Origin: Vicugna vicugna
Lineage: Eukaryota
Direction: 5' to 3'
DNA length: 64,000 nucleotides
NCBI GenBank assembly: GCA_013265495.1
Contig: MU060988.1
Coordinates: 668,409 to 732,408, forward strand
Shown: positions 34,660-46,515 of the stretch, in pieces
Numbering within the stretch: the stretch's first letter is position 1
How the letters are laid out: each line of letters begins with the position of its first letter
Position numbers and translations under genes: made by a program
Notes under the pieces: model-generated
The model's input: the letters and a program-made list of their open reading frames with translations, nothing else
What the model was told of the DNA's origin: nothing
Databases searched by the model: none

Positions 34660-37320
34660 CTTAGTCCTTTAGGCCTCTTGTTCTGTCCTAACTGAATGTG
34701 GGGAACAGCTGGTCCTTTTGAGTAATTAATTCTTGTAGACTTGGACACAGTCTGTAATTCCTTTTCCCTTTCCTCATTGGGCTGAGTCTCCAGTGCTTTC
34801 TGCCACTGTGTGTCCCTCCTCTGATGCTTTCCCCAGGTTCTCTGTGCGTTATAGAACGTACAGGGTCCACAAGAAGCCCCAAAGAGCACCAGTCAGGGTT
34901 CACAGGGCTCCGTGCACTGGAGAGGTGGGGAAACTCCAGCCCTGAGAAAGAGCCCACCTGCCATTGGGCTCTGCCTTCCTCCTTCAGACCTTGCTCTCCT
35001 AGTATCTGCTACATGAATCCTTCCCAGATAAAGTCCCCCATCCTCACTGACTTTCCCCAGCGACTCTCAGCTCTTGTCCATTTCAATGTTTCTGTTCTCA
35101 GTGTGCATTTCGCAGTGAATGCTTCCCTTGGGAAAGCCCCCATGTCCATCTTCCAGGACAGAGATCCAAGGACTGGGATTGGGAAGAGTTTATCAGAAGC
35201 CATAGCAAGTCAGCGGGGAGAGTGGGTATGAAAGATGGACACACAGCCACACTCCCAGTTCTGCAGCTAATAGAGTGCCGAAGTGGCCACTATCAACAAA
35301 TTTTTTAGTCCTGGGAAGTCCAAACAAAACCCGTCTGCCTTCTGAGGGCTGAGTTAGCCAGAGACTTGCGAGCTCAGAGTCCACCCAGGTGCCGTGCTGG
35401 ACGGAGGCGGCTGAGAGGGGAGAGCACCACTCCCGCACGCTCTGTGAGGGCGGTGCCAACAGTGGGGGCGGTGCCAACTCGGAAATCCACGCTAGGAAAA
35501 GTCAGGATTAGGGCAATCAGCAAGGTAGCATTAGTTTTAAGAATGCTGGTTGAATAAAAATGCAAATGACTGTTAATAGGAACTGGACAATAAGAAGGAA
35601 ACCACACATTCCAGGGCAATCAAGCCATTCAGATGCAAATTTTACCCCAATTTTGGAAGGATTACAAGCACCCCCATTCACAGCCCTATTTCGATGTTAA
35701 TTGTAACCTCGGAATTCCTCCTCCAGTTCCCAGCCTGGGCACTCTCCCGCCACCGTCTCTTTTTACGCAGCCCCTCAACACTGGCACTTTTTCAAGCAGG
35801 CACAGCCGAGTTGCTGGCGTGGTTCCGGCCGTCTCCCCCGGGCCAGCCCCCAGGGACATGCCCTGCCCGGTCCTCTGACTCTCACGCACTTGAGTCCTAA
35901 TGGACAAGGCGCCTGGTGTGCACCTCACTTGACAAAACTACATGTGAACGAAAAACACTGCAAGCTACGTAAGTAAACGAAGAATGCTGTGGCCTTCAAG
36001 TCATCAGCCAACTCAGGATGTGGACAAGCAGGCAGCCGGGCCTCTGCTGCCCCCCCAGCGGTGCCCCCTGAGGGGACTCGGGGTGGGAAAGGACAGGACC
36101 CTGGCCCTGGCTCGCTAGATGCTTGTCAAAGGAACGATTTCAATGAGCCCAGGCATTTGCTCCCTCCCATGCACAGAGAAGCACTGAATTCTTCAGCTTG
36201 AGATGCCTGCTTTTCTCCAGTTAACAGCAATCTTCTGATGTTCCAACTAGCTGGTTTTTGTGGTAAAAGCTCCTGGCTCCTCCCCACCTCTTCGGAGCAG
36301 TGCCTCAGAGCATCTGAGAGGCTGCCGTCTCGGCTCCAGTCCTTCCGCCAAATGAAACATATCTCTCAACTTTCAGGCTGGGCACTTATTTCAGTCAACA
36401 AACGTTAGAAGGAAGACCCTGGATGGTAACTACGTCTGCTTCTTTGTGCAAAACCCCACGGGGCCTTGAAGCCAGTCTTGCAGGTTCCACCCACGCTCGG
36501 CCCGCTGCCAGCCGCTGGACAGCCCAGCCTGGTGACCCCCTTCCCCCGCGGTCACACCTGCAGGTGGCAGGGCCCCTGGGGCCCATGCCTTCACCTGCTT
36601 CTTACCAAGCACACGTGAAAAGGAGAAACCGAGAGAGCGAAGCAATCCAGACAACACAGGAAGGCGGCGAACGCCCCTAGCCCCGCGTCCAGCCCCGTGT
36701 CCACGTGTGCTGTGACACGTCCACAGGGACCTGAGTCAGCGGCCCAGGCAGCCCACCAGGGGGGAGCACCCCCCAGCCAGCGGTGCGCCTGCCCCATCGC
36801 AGCCTCAGCCCTGGATCCTCGCTGACCAGAGGGACAGACAGATGCACGTCTCACAGACAAAGTCCTCTGGTCCTAGTGAAGGGTGGCCGGTCACGCAGGC
36901 CTCGGTCACTCGGGTCGGGGGAGAGGAGGACGCCTGCCTGCTAACTCAAGCCGCTCCCACTCACCCGAGCCCTGAGAACTGGGAAAACAAACCCCCCTCT
37001 ACACGAATAACAAGAAAATGCTGGGAGGCACCAGGTGCCCAGCCTCACTGTTCACAGCCCCCTCACCAATGAAACGGGGACGGTGGTACGCCATCCCCAT
37101 GAGCCAGAGGATTAAACGAGGTCACGCAGGTCAGGCACTCAGAACAGAAATCCAGCTCCGACCTTGCACATTCTCCCACCCAGCAGTTTACAAACCCTTC
37201 TGGATTTTTCTAGTGGAAACGAACAAGCCGTGCCATCTGGAAAGAGAAAGAGAAAATGCTGGGCCTCTTGGCAGCACACCCTAAAGAGCCAAGCCCCTGC
37301 CTCCCGGCCCAGCTGGCCTC

Positions 37321-37860
37321 ACCTCTCCGGGGAAGCGCGCGCCAGCCGGCTCCCTGACCCCACGGAGGGGACAGCGCTCAGGACACGGTGTGGCTCGGCC
37401 GCCCCGTCCCCACGGGGAGCTCTGCTGCCGAGGGCGCCGGGCCTGCCACCGCGGGGTCTCCAGGGCGCAGCCTGGGTGGGGCCCCGGGACAGGCCCCGGG
37501 CAGCTGGGCCCCCTTGGGCCACAACAAGGCGCCGTTCAGCCGCTGCACAAGGCCCCGCAGTGAGCCTCCCTCGGGCCGTGGGACACGCCGGCCCCATTCT
37601 GTCCCTGTCAATGGCCGGCTGTGCGCGATGTGGGCCCGCCTGTTCTCCTGTGTGGGCTCATTCAGCGGCGCGGGGCAGGCCAAGGAGCCCCGGTCCCCGG
37701 AGGAGAAAGGCGCCTTAGAGCCGGGCGGGGAGGGAGGAGGGCTCCTGCCCGGGGCGGGCCCCTCGGTGCCCGGGGGTCACACAGGCCCGGCCACGCGGTC
37801 GCCGACGGCCTCAGGGCTCCGGGACGAGGACGGGGGCTGCCCCTCCTCCAGGCTCTCCTG
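37321..37860. promoter_or_regulatory. Intronic CpG-island-like segment
   Basis: Hand count gives about 53 CpG in 540 bp at roughly 73% GC (observed/expected about 0.7). Function unknown. Confidence 0.45.
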
Positions 37861-37954
37861 CAGGGTCCTGGGCAAGCCCCTCGGCCCCTCCGGGTGTCAG
37901 GGTCCAGCCTTGGAAACAGGGAGAGTCGGAGCATCTGGTCGCGGTGGCCGTGGT

Positions 37955-38003
37955 GGTGGTGAGGGCGAAAGGGGAGGTGGTGAGGGTGAATGGGGAGGTG
38001 GTG
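37955..38003 (+). repeat. 21-bp G-rich tandem repeat (2.3 copies)
   Basis: GGTGGTGAGGGCGAAAGGGGA / GGTGGTGAGGGTGAATGGGGA / GGTGGTG. Confidence 0.85.
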
Positions 38004-38918
38004 CGAGCGAGACAAACGCGGAAAGCCGTGCAGGCCAAGGGGCGTCTCTTCTGCCTCCTGACACTGCCCGCCAGCGGGCCTAACCCAGGGACCGTCACTC
38101 AGCGTCCATGAGGGGTGGTGGGGCAGGGGCACCGAGCCGCCCTGCAGGGCCCGAGTCTGACAGCACGGGCTCAGCCTCCCAGACACGGCCTCCGACCGGC
38201 ACCCAGCTCCCCAGCCCCAGCCTCCCCTCCCCACAGGCAGCAGCACCTGCAGCTCAACGGTTCCCAAGTGCGATCCAGGCTCTCCGGCCTGGGACGCCGC
38301 GGCGCCTGGTGACAGCGGGCGCTAACCCACGTGTGCCATCCACAATGGGCGCGGACTCCCGGTGTCCACCTCTGGTTGCACGGTCACTAGGCTGGAGGCC
38401 TGGCTGACAGGTCCAGTGATGACGGAAGCTGGGACGTGGCTTCGGCACAGGTGACTGCCACGCACCCTGAGTGTCTAAGTCTCAGTCATAAGCCGGACAG
38501 GGACTGGCCGCACCCACGTGACAGACAGAGGTCCCTGCTCCAGCAGAAACTTGCTCGGTCCCAGAGCTCAACCCTGACATCCCTTAAACACAGCAACCCA
38601 GGTCCAGCTCCACCCCACCTGCTGGAACAGCCAGCGCCCAGGCCGCTGCCAGCACCATGCTCTTCACTCCTTCTAACTGGACGGTTCCTAGCGACCCGCA
38701 GAGGCAGTGGGAGGGCGTCAATCTGCGTGAGACGCGGTGAGGTGGTGACAAGGAGCGAGGCAGGCAGACTCTGCGAGGAGCGGACACACCTGACCCCAGG
38801 CACCTGTCCCACTGACCTCTCGCACCTTCCCCTCCCTCGGAGCCTTGGGTGACGACACCCTGAGCACTGGGCTTGGAGACAAGGAGGAGGAGGCGGGACG
38901 TCCACGGCTGGAGCTCAC

Positions 38919-39065
38919 GTGGGCTCAGTGGGGACGCCCGGGGAGGACTTCCAGAACCTCCTAGGGCCGCGGGTCGGCTCTCATCAGAAGCCCAAGAAGG
39001 TCTGCTTGACGACACGGCCGGTGGAGCGGGTGACTGCGACCTGAGCTACTGACAAAGCTGGGCTC
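38919..39065 (-). other. Candidate non-coding exon C (147 nt)
   Basis: Acceptor attaatgtcttccctaatttcAG at 39067-39066, donor AC|GTGAGC at 38918. Splice-signal evidence only. Confidence 0.35.
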
Positions 39066-42000
39066 CTGAAATTAGGGAAGACATTAATCCGTCCCACCTT
39101 GAGTTAAAAGCCGCTCCGGTCAAACCGGCATCACGAAAACATTCACCCATTGTTCACGAGAGACAAGGACGCTCTGGCTTTAAAGACACTTGGAGGCAAT
39201 GCACTTCAGTATTCTTCACACTCATTGACTAGAATTATGTACAACTTGCGTATTTTAAGCCTTTTAGAAAGCCTGCTGTATGCTTCACAATTTTAGGGTG
39301 TTTTGATAGATGTATACAATGTGAGCGGTCTGTTCTGAGTAAGACAGTTTCTTTGCGTCCTTTAAGGTCTGGCTGCCGAGAGTGGAAACCACGCTGGTCT
39401 GTAAACCGCCTGTGAAGACAGACAGCTCCGGAGGAAGTCTCCTTAAAGCGGCAGCAGCATTAAAAGAAACGCCGACACTCGGGGCAACGCCTTTCTTCCG
39501 TGATTAAAGCTTTCACCGGAAGAGTAAGGCACCAAACAGAGGCTGAGGGTTTCAAACAGCAGCCCTTGCCATCCATGAACAATGAGGCTCAACACCTGAA
39601 CCCATCTCCCTTGCAAAGGTGCTCCTCCAGTCAGCATGAGCTCAGCAGACGGACCTCAAGACCTTCGCTGCCGCCCTGGACCTCAGGCCCCGGAGGCCCC
39701 GACAGGTCAACGCGGTTTACGGCGAAACGCGAGAGAAATGTCTATTTTTAAAAACCTATTTACAGATACGTGTACCTTCACCAAAAAGGCAGCAGAGAAC
39801 CCACCGCACGAACTCCAGCCAAATGAAAACCAACCGACGCACCTTCAGGCTCACGGCATCTTAGCATCACTTTTAAGCATTAACTCAGCCATGTTTAGCC
39901 CACGAGGGCAGCACGTGACAATTCTCCTGTCGGTGCACCTGCAGATGCAGCCTAGGCCCCTCTGGGTGACATGGCCCTGGTCACTCAGGAAAAAGGAGGC
40001 CACGGTGGACAGACCACCACGGGGGCTCTCAGGGGGTCTGTGCAGCGGACTGGCCACGCTGGGGGCTTCTCAGGGGGAATGCGTGGTGGACGGGCCATCA
40101 TCCAGTTGAGGGAAACGAGAGTTTCCAGGCAGAGAACCCACAGGTCCTGACTCCACTGCCCAGCGCATTACGGCCACAACCAGAAGAGACGTGGCCGGAG
40201 CACGGACACCAAAAGGCCGCCCCTGGGCTCTGGCCACAGCGCCTGGAGCCAGGCCGTGTCAGGACGCCCGGCCATGAAGAGGGGCGCAGGGAGCCCAGAG
40301 GCGGAGGGGGGGGTGGGAGGGCACCATGCCCAGCCCCCCAGCCCTGCAGGCTCCTTCTCCCAGACGGCCCCCTCGGCCGACTCGCAGTCCTGGCTGCTTC
40401 CTGCACGCACGACCCCTGGGTCCCTCTCGCCACTTCAGCCTCGACACCAGCCCAGCGCTTCCTGTTTCCACTGCAATCCCGTCCAACCGTGCAGCGCAGC
40501 ACCGGGCCCCACGGCCAGGACAGCGGGCTGGGGTCTGGCCGGGGGTGCTGGCCGTGCCCACCCGCACAGGGGGCCGTCACCCGGGACGGCAGGGAGGAGG
40601 CGGCTGCGGGGTGACCGAGGTGCCGCCCGGGGCACTCGGCCCACGGCTGTTTCAATGCCTCTCTTTCCCACTGGACACGCAGCTCACCTGGCACCTCACT
40701 GACGCCCCCTCCCCGGCCAGGGCACCAGGAGCCTGTCACGTGTCCTCCGCACCCGTGCTGACCACCGCCTCTAGGCTCTGACTGACGCGGATGGAGTGGC
40801 TCCACGCTTCCAAATTCCTGGTGTCTGTTAAATGTGAACGTGTCTGCAGGGAACACTGTCCATCTCGCGGGCCACAGCAGCATGTGAGGAATTACAAGGA
40901 TGCCAAGTGCCTGCCGAATCCCAGAGGAGTGGGGCGCTTGCAGCAGGGTGGGGACAGGGGCCAGCATGACCTGCAACATCAGAAGCAGCTGCCTGGCCAG
41001 GGCACCTACTCTGCTGGCTGGAAGACGGAGTCCAAGGTAAAATTTGGGAAGACAAATGATTTTCACATCCGCAGGCTTTTCACATCACAACCTAGCAGCT
41101 GGCAAGGAATCAGCACTGCCCCCACCCCCCCCAAGCTCTCCTGTCAAAACCCACTCATGGGGGGCTATGGCCCATGAAGGCCCGGCACGGCCTGGTCCTC
41201 AGCCCGCCCTCTCACCCCTTCCCAGTAAAGGGAGCAGGTCAGACCACCAGGCACGGACCCTGGGTCAGTGCTGGGACCTGGTCCACGTGCACCAGGGCAC
41301 ACCCAGCCCGCAGTCTGCTAGGACCGTCTGCAAACCCCAGCTGACACAAGACCAAGCACAGCCTGTCACAAGCAGCCGAACCCCACGTCTAGAGGACCTG
41401 CGTCACCCAGGAGGAACACGCCTCACCGTGGGCAGACCCCTCCCCTGCGGCAGCACCAGCTGCTCCCCGTCCTCCGCCCTCCTCCCCACCTGGCCTGCTC
41501 CCCAACCTCCTCCCCCAGGGAGGCTCCCAGTTCACGGTCCACGGACCGCAGAGCAGACATGTGCGGTCCGGCTATTCCTGCAGGGCCTCCAGTCAAACAG
41601 GTGTCTGGGGACCAAACGAGCCTGCCCTGCAGAACGCATCCCGAACCCCACCCGCCCATGGCTGCCACCCGTGAAGCCGGCTGGGCTGCCAGCAGCCGCC
41701 CGAGGAGGACTCTGCGGGGCACAGAGTGACAGGACGGCCCCGTGCCTGCGGCACCCATGCCCACCTCCTCTGGCCCAGCTTCCTCATGTGAGTCTGTCAG
41801 CGGTCAGTCCTGTGTGGGGTGAGGTGCACGGAGCTCAAGGCACAGCCCCACCTGCCGTGCGGGGGCGGGGCTGGTCCAGCTCGGGCAGCACAGTGGAAAC
41901 CTGGGCACAGAGGGCATGTGGGGGAGCACAGGGGGCTTCTGGGGAGCCAGAAGGCATCTGGGGGACATAGGGCGCTGCTGCCCAGAGGGCCTGAATCAGC

Positions 42001-42899
42001 GCCCAGGTGTGAGCGCCTGAGGGCAGCCGTCAGACACGGGGTGCCTGGCGCGCAGGCCAAGGGCACATGCACCCTGCCGTGTGCAAAGCCATGCGAAGAC
42101 CCACGCCCCGGCAAGTCCCCGACACAACGGCAGAGCCAGCGCCACGTGCTGTCTTTTCAGTCCCCCCACGATAAGCTTGTTCTCTGTTCAGCGCCTTCCT
42201 CCTTGTACGCCACTACTTCACCTGCTGAAAAACCTTCCCAAATTCCGCATGCACAGAGGAGTCATTTTACCTAACATGATGGTCTTGGGGTCCTTTTTCA
42301 CCTCACTCCTCCCTCCAGCCTCCACCAGAACTTCCTGCCCCCGGCTCTCTCATCCATCCACCCAAATCTTCCTCTGCCCCGGAGCCACGAGACACACATA
42401 AACGTGGACACCAAATACACTCCCCATACAGCTGCCACCCACGTGATGCTGGCATGTGGAAGACAAACGGGTCAGTGGGACGGAATGGAGGACCGCTGCA
42501 GGGAGGAGCCAGCTGACACAAGACCACAGCACAGCACAGAGCTGAAGTTCAAGCCATTGGTCAAGGCGTGGACTGCCGAAGAGCGGGCTCCAGCACGCTG
42601 GAAGGAAATTAGCCCAGACGCCCCTTTCTCAGGCACCTTCCTCCACGAAGCACAAGCATTTCAGACATGCTCAAGAGCAGAATTTGTACGCGGAACAGTA
42701 AAACGTCTGCAGGAAATCAAGAGACAGCCATGGAACCTCCCTAACAAACAGGGCTCCCTAGAAGTCACAGACGAGAAGAGAGATTTAACCCCGGGGCAGA
42801 TGGCACGTTCATAAACGTAATTAGCCAATAACATCTGGGAATAAATGCTTTCAAGGCAGAAGAGGATCAACATCTGGCACAAATGAGCAGCCCCTCAGA

Positions 42900-43299
42900 T
42901 GGACGAGGGAGGGAGAGACAGCCTGCGAGCGGCACGGGCACAGAGCACAAACGGGCAATTCACAGACGGAGCAGAGCAAACCGCGGGGCGCCGAGCACAG
43001 ACGCCACACTCACCAGATGCAAGAGGACACGGGTCAGAGCCGCAGCCCCGCCCTCTCAGATCCCAACACCAGAAGGATGCTCGCGCCCACTGCCGGGAGC
43101 GTGCGGGGTCAGGGCACGCACACGTCCCGACAGGGAAGAGAGGCGGGCTGCCCGATCTGCTTTGGAAAGTGATCCGGCACGATCTACAGGACAATGAGAC
43201 ACACACCCTGACCGGCAGGGCCACTCCCTGAAGTCCACGCCTGAATGACAGCCCCGTGTGTGTGGCCGGGGTATTTACGGTAGCACTGTTGACACCGGC
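42900..43299 (+). mobile_element. L1ME-like ORF2 3' end relic (host of the LTR nest)
   Basis: CAAACGGGCAATTCACAGACGG...GCTTTGGAAAGTGATCCGGCACGATCTAC...ACACACCCTGACCGGCAGGGCCACTCC...GTATTTACGGTAGCACTGTT is collinear with the old L1 3' end. Confidence 0.6.
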
Positions 43300-44233
43300 T
43301 GTGTTCTTTTCCTGCGGCAGGGCTAACAAATGACCATAAACCGGGTGGCTTAGAACAACAGAAATCTATGCTCTCACGGTTCTGGAGGCCAGAAGTCTGC
43401 AGTCAGTTTCACTGGGCTGAAGTGCGGTGTCAGCAGGGCCGAGCTCCCTCCGGAGGCTCTAGGAGAGAACCCTTCCTCGCCTCTTCCAGCTTCTGGTGGC
43501 TTCTGGCACTCCTTGGTTTGTGGCCACTGTATTAGTCAGCGTCCCCAGGGGAACAGAATCAATAGGATGTGTGTATGCAGAGCAAGAGATTTATTATAAT
43601 GAATCAGATCACGTGATCATGAGGGTTGCCGAGCCCTGAGATCAGCAGTTGGCAGGCTGGACCCAGGAGAGCTGATGGCACCAGTTCCATCTCTAGTCCG
43701 AATCTGAAGGCAGGAGAAGACCAATGTCCCAGCTCAGAGACAGCCAGGCAGAGAGAAGAAATTCTCCCATCCTCCTCCTTTCTGCTCAAGTCAGGCCTTC
43801 AACTGATTGGATGAGGCCCACCCACACAGGGGAGGGCAATCTGCTTTACTCCATCTACAGATTCAAATGCTCATCTCATCCAGAAACGCCCTCACAGACA
43901 CCCCCAGAAGAATGTCTGAGCAAGGACCTGGGCACCCCATGCCACTGCCAAGATGACAAATAAAATTAGCCATCACACCCACATCACTTTCATCTCTGTT
44001 TCCATCTTCCCACCCCCTTCTTCTCTTGTCTTTCCCAATCTCCTCTGCCTCCCGCTCATAAGGACACCTGTGAAGGCACTGAGGGCCCACCAGATAACCC
44101 AGGACCACCACCCCACTGCAAGATTCTTAACTGAATCACATCTGCAATGATCCCGTTTCTAGGTAAGGTGACGCTCAGAGGTTCCAGGGACTGGAATCTG
44201 ACGTCTTTAGGGGTCATTCTTCAGCCTACCACA
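43300..44233 (-). mobile_element. MLT1C/D-like MaLR LTR split by an MLT2 insertion (43300-43527 and 43978-44233)
   Basis: GGGTGGCTTAGAACAACAGAAATCTATGCTCTCACGGTTCTGGAGGCCAGAAGTC...CTCTTCCAGCTTCTGGTGGC. Resumes with CATAAGGACACC...CACATCTGCAA and ends TTCAGCCTACCACA (reverse of TGTGGTAGGCTGAA). Confidence 0.85.
43528..43977 (-). mobile_element. MLT2 (ERVL) solo LTR, 450 bp
   Basis: TGTATTAGTCAG...CAGGCCTTCAACTGATTGGATGAGGCCCACCCAC...AAAATTAGCCATCACA with TG...CA termini; 5-bp TSD GCCAC (43523-43527) / CCCAC (43978-43982). Confidence 0.88.
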
Positions 44234-45019
44234 AGGGACAAAAAAAATCAACCCTGCAGCCTGAGTGAGTGGCTCTAAGTGGGACCTGGTCCAAATTCAT
44301 AATGAACACCGACCAGTCAGTAATTAACGCCCTTCCCCACCACCAACATGGCCAAGAAGACAAAGACACACGATCTCGACTCCGTAACAAACACAGCTGG
44401 TCCCCTGTCAGATTCTACTGAGGACACTGCTGCCCGCAGAACCTTCCTGCAAAAATGAGCACCCCTTTGACTCAAGGCACGGACCATCCAAGACCCTGGG
44501 GAGCCATGCCTTTCCAACGAGGCAGCAAAATGAGGCGATGAAGGCATGAAGAGTGTTCGTACGCAGCTTGCAAAAAAAGAGGGAGGGATCTCCTTCCTAA
44601 ACCGACCTCTGGCTCCCCGAACCACACTGTGCAGAATCTGAAAGACCAGCCACACCAGGCATGGGGGCTCTGCCTCACCCACACTCCTGCCACCCTCCCG
44701 CCCCCAGCTCCAGACGCCCCAGTGCCCAGCCACCGAGAGCACACCAAGGGGCTCGGCGGGGCGAGACTCTCATCTCCACACACCACCCACTTCCTCTCCC
44801 TTCCCGTCCAGCCACCTGTCCATGTCTCCCATCAAGGGCCACCTCACCCCACGGGTCCATCCTGGTGCCCCACACAGGCCAGCCTCACCTGACGGACGCG
44901 CGCATGGAGGGGGGTCTACTCCTGGGAGGACGTGGTGCTGAGCTGCAGCTGGCCCCACCCCTTGGGCCACTCCCTGGACGGCTTCTGACTCCCGGCGTAG
45001 GCTCCCAGGGCTCCCTCCC

Positions 45020-45752
45020 CTCCAACTTCACGTGTCCCCAAACTTCACTCCCTGCCTCCCGAGGATGCCTCCCAGATGGTCCCGGGGGAAGTGCACCCCC
45101 CCATCCTTCCAGTTGCTCAGTCAAAACGTCAGTGCATCCTCGGTACCCACCCCACCCCAGAGCCAACCTGGCGGCGAGTCCCCTCAACTCCACCTCCAGA
45201 TCAACGCCCGTCAGGCCATGCTCCCACCGCCGTGCTACACTCTGGCCCAAGCCACCACCACTCTTCCCGGTTCACCTCACAGCCGCCTAACAGGGTACCC
45301 TGTCCTACCCCCCGGGGTCCACTCTCCCCAGAAGCCCTGCAGTCCCATCCAAACCCTCAGCTCCCAGGGCTCCCATCTCAGCATCCCTGAGTGTTGATAA
45401 GCTCACCATCTACCTACCTCGTCTCCTCCCACCTGCCCTTCCTCGACACCTGAGGCACGCTTCTGCCTCAGGGCCTTTGCACCTGCTGTTCCCGCTGTCT
45501 GGAACACTCCTCCCCAAACCCAGCCCAGTTCTTGGCTTTTCTTAACCAATTGCCTCTTCTCAGCAAAGCCCTCTCAGGACCCGTTCTCTGCTTGATTTCT
45601 CTTCTTTGCACCCACCACCATCTCCCCCCTCATATCTGACATACTGATCCTGTCTGTGGTCCCTCTTCCTAACTAGAATGCTTTTTCCACTGTGGAAGGT
45701 CTGGTGCCCAGAGTGTGCCAAGCACAGCTCAGGAGTTCAGAACACTGTTGGG
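45020..45752 (+). mobile_element. L2 LINE 3' fragment
   Basis: CCATCCTTCCAGTTGCTCAG, CTGGCCCAAGCCACCACC, CCTCAGGGCCTTTGCACCTGCTGTTCCCGCTGTCTGGAAC, ACTAGAATG and a GTGCCAAGCACAG tail are typical L2 motifs. Confidence 0.75.
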
Positions 45753-46515
45753 TTTCCACAAATGACAAATGCTGGAGAGGCTGTGGAGAAAGGGGAACCC
45801 TCCTACCCTGCTGGTGGGAAAGAAGTTTGGTGCAGCCACTATGGAAAACAGTGTGGAGATTCCTCAAAAGACTAGGAATAGACTTACCATATGACCCAGG
45901 AATCCCACTCCTGGGCTTGTATCCAGAAGGAACCCTACTTCAGGATNNNNNNNNNNNNNNNNNNNNNNNNNNNNNNNNNNNNNNNNNNNNNNNNNNNNNN
46001 NNNNNNNNNNNNNNNNNNNNNNNNNNNNNNNNNNNNNNNNNNNNNNNNNNNNNNNNNNNNNNNNNNNNNNNNNNNNNNNNNNNNNNNNNNNNNNNNNNNN
46101 NNNNNNNNNNNNNNNNNNNNNNNNNNNNNNNNNNCATTCTAAGTGAAGTAAGCCAGAAAGAGAAAGAGAAATACTATATGAGATTGCTCATATGTGGAAT
46201 GTAAAAAAAAAAAAGCAAACAAAACATAAATACAAAACAGAAAGAGACTCATAGACATAGAATACAAACTTGTGGTTGCCAAGGGGATGGGGGATGGGAA
46301 GGGATAGACTGGGCTTTCAAAATGTGGAATAGATAAACAAGATTCCACTGTGTAGCACAGAGAAATATACACAGGATCTTGTGGTAGCTCACAGAGAAAG
46401 GAATGTGGCAATGAATATGTGTATGTTCATGAATAACTGAGAAATTGTGCTCTACACGGGAATTTGACACGTTGTAAACTGACTATAACTCAGTAAAAAA
46501 AAGTTTAGAAAAAAA
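45753..46515 (+). mobile_element. Young 5'-truncated L1 (camelid type) with poly(A) tail and 14-bp TSD
   Basis: ORF2 end (TNDKCWRGCGERGTLLPCWWE...LVQPLWKTVWRFLKRLGIDLPYDPGIPLLGLYP...ILSEVSQKEKEKY), 3' UTR and A tail. TSD AGAACACTGTTGGG (45739-45752) / AGAACACTATTGGG (46516-46529). Confidence 0.95.
45947..46134. other. Assembly gap (188 N) inside the L1
   Basis: Read directly. The size is close to the L1 segment expected between the flanking motifs. Confidence 1.

Noticed and set aside
34661-35312. TTAGTCCT 8-bp direct repeat as a hAT transposon TSD
   Set aside because: The enclosed sequence has no terminal inverted repeats.
40098-41970. 322- and 308-aa ORFs
   Set aside because: No homology recognisable, GC-bias composition, overlapping frames.
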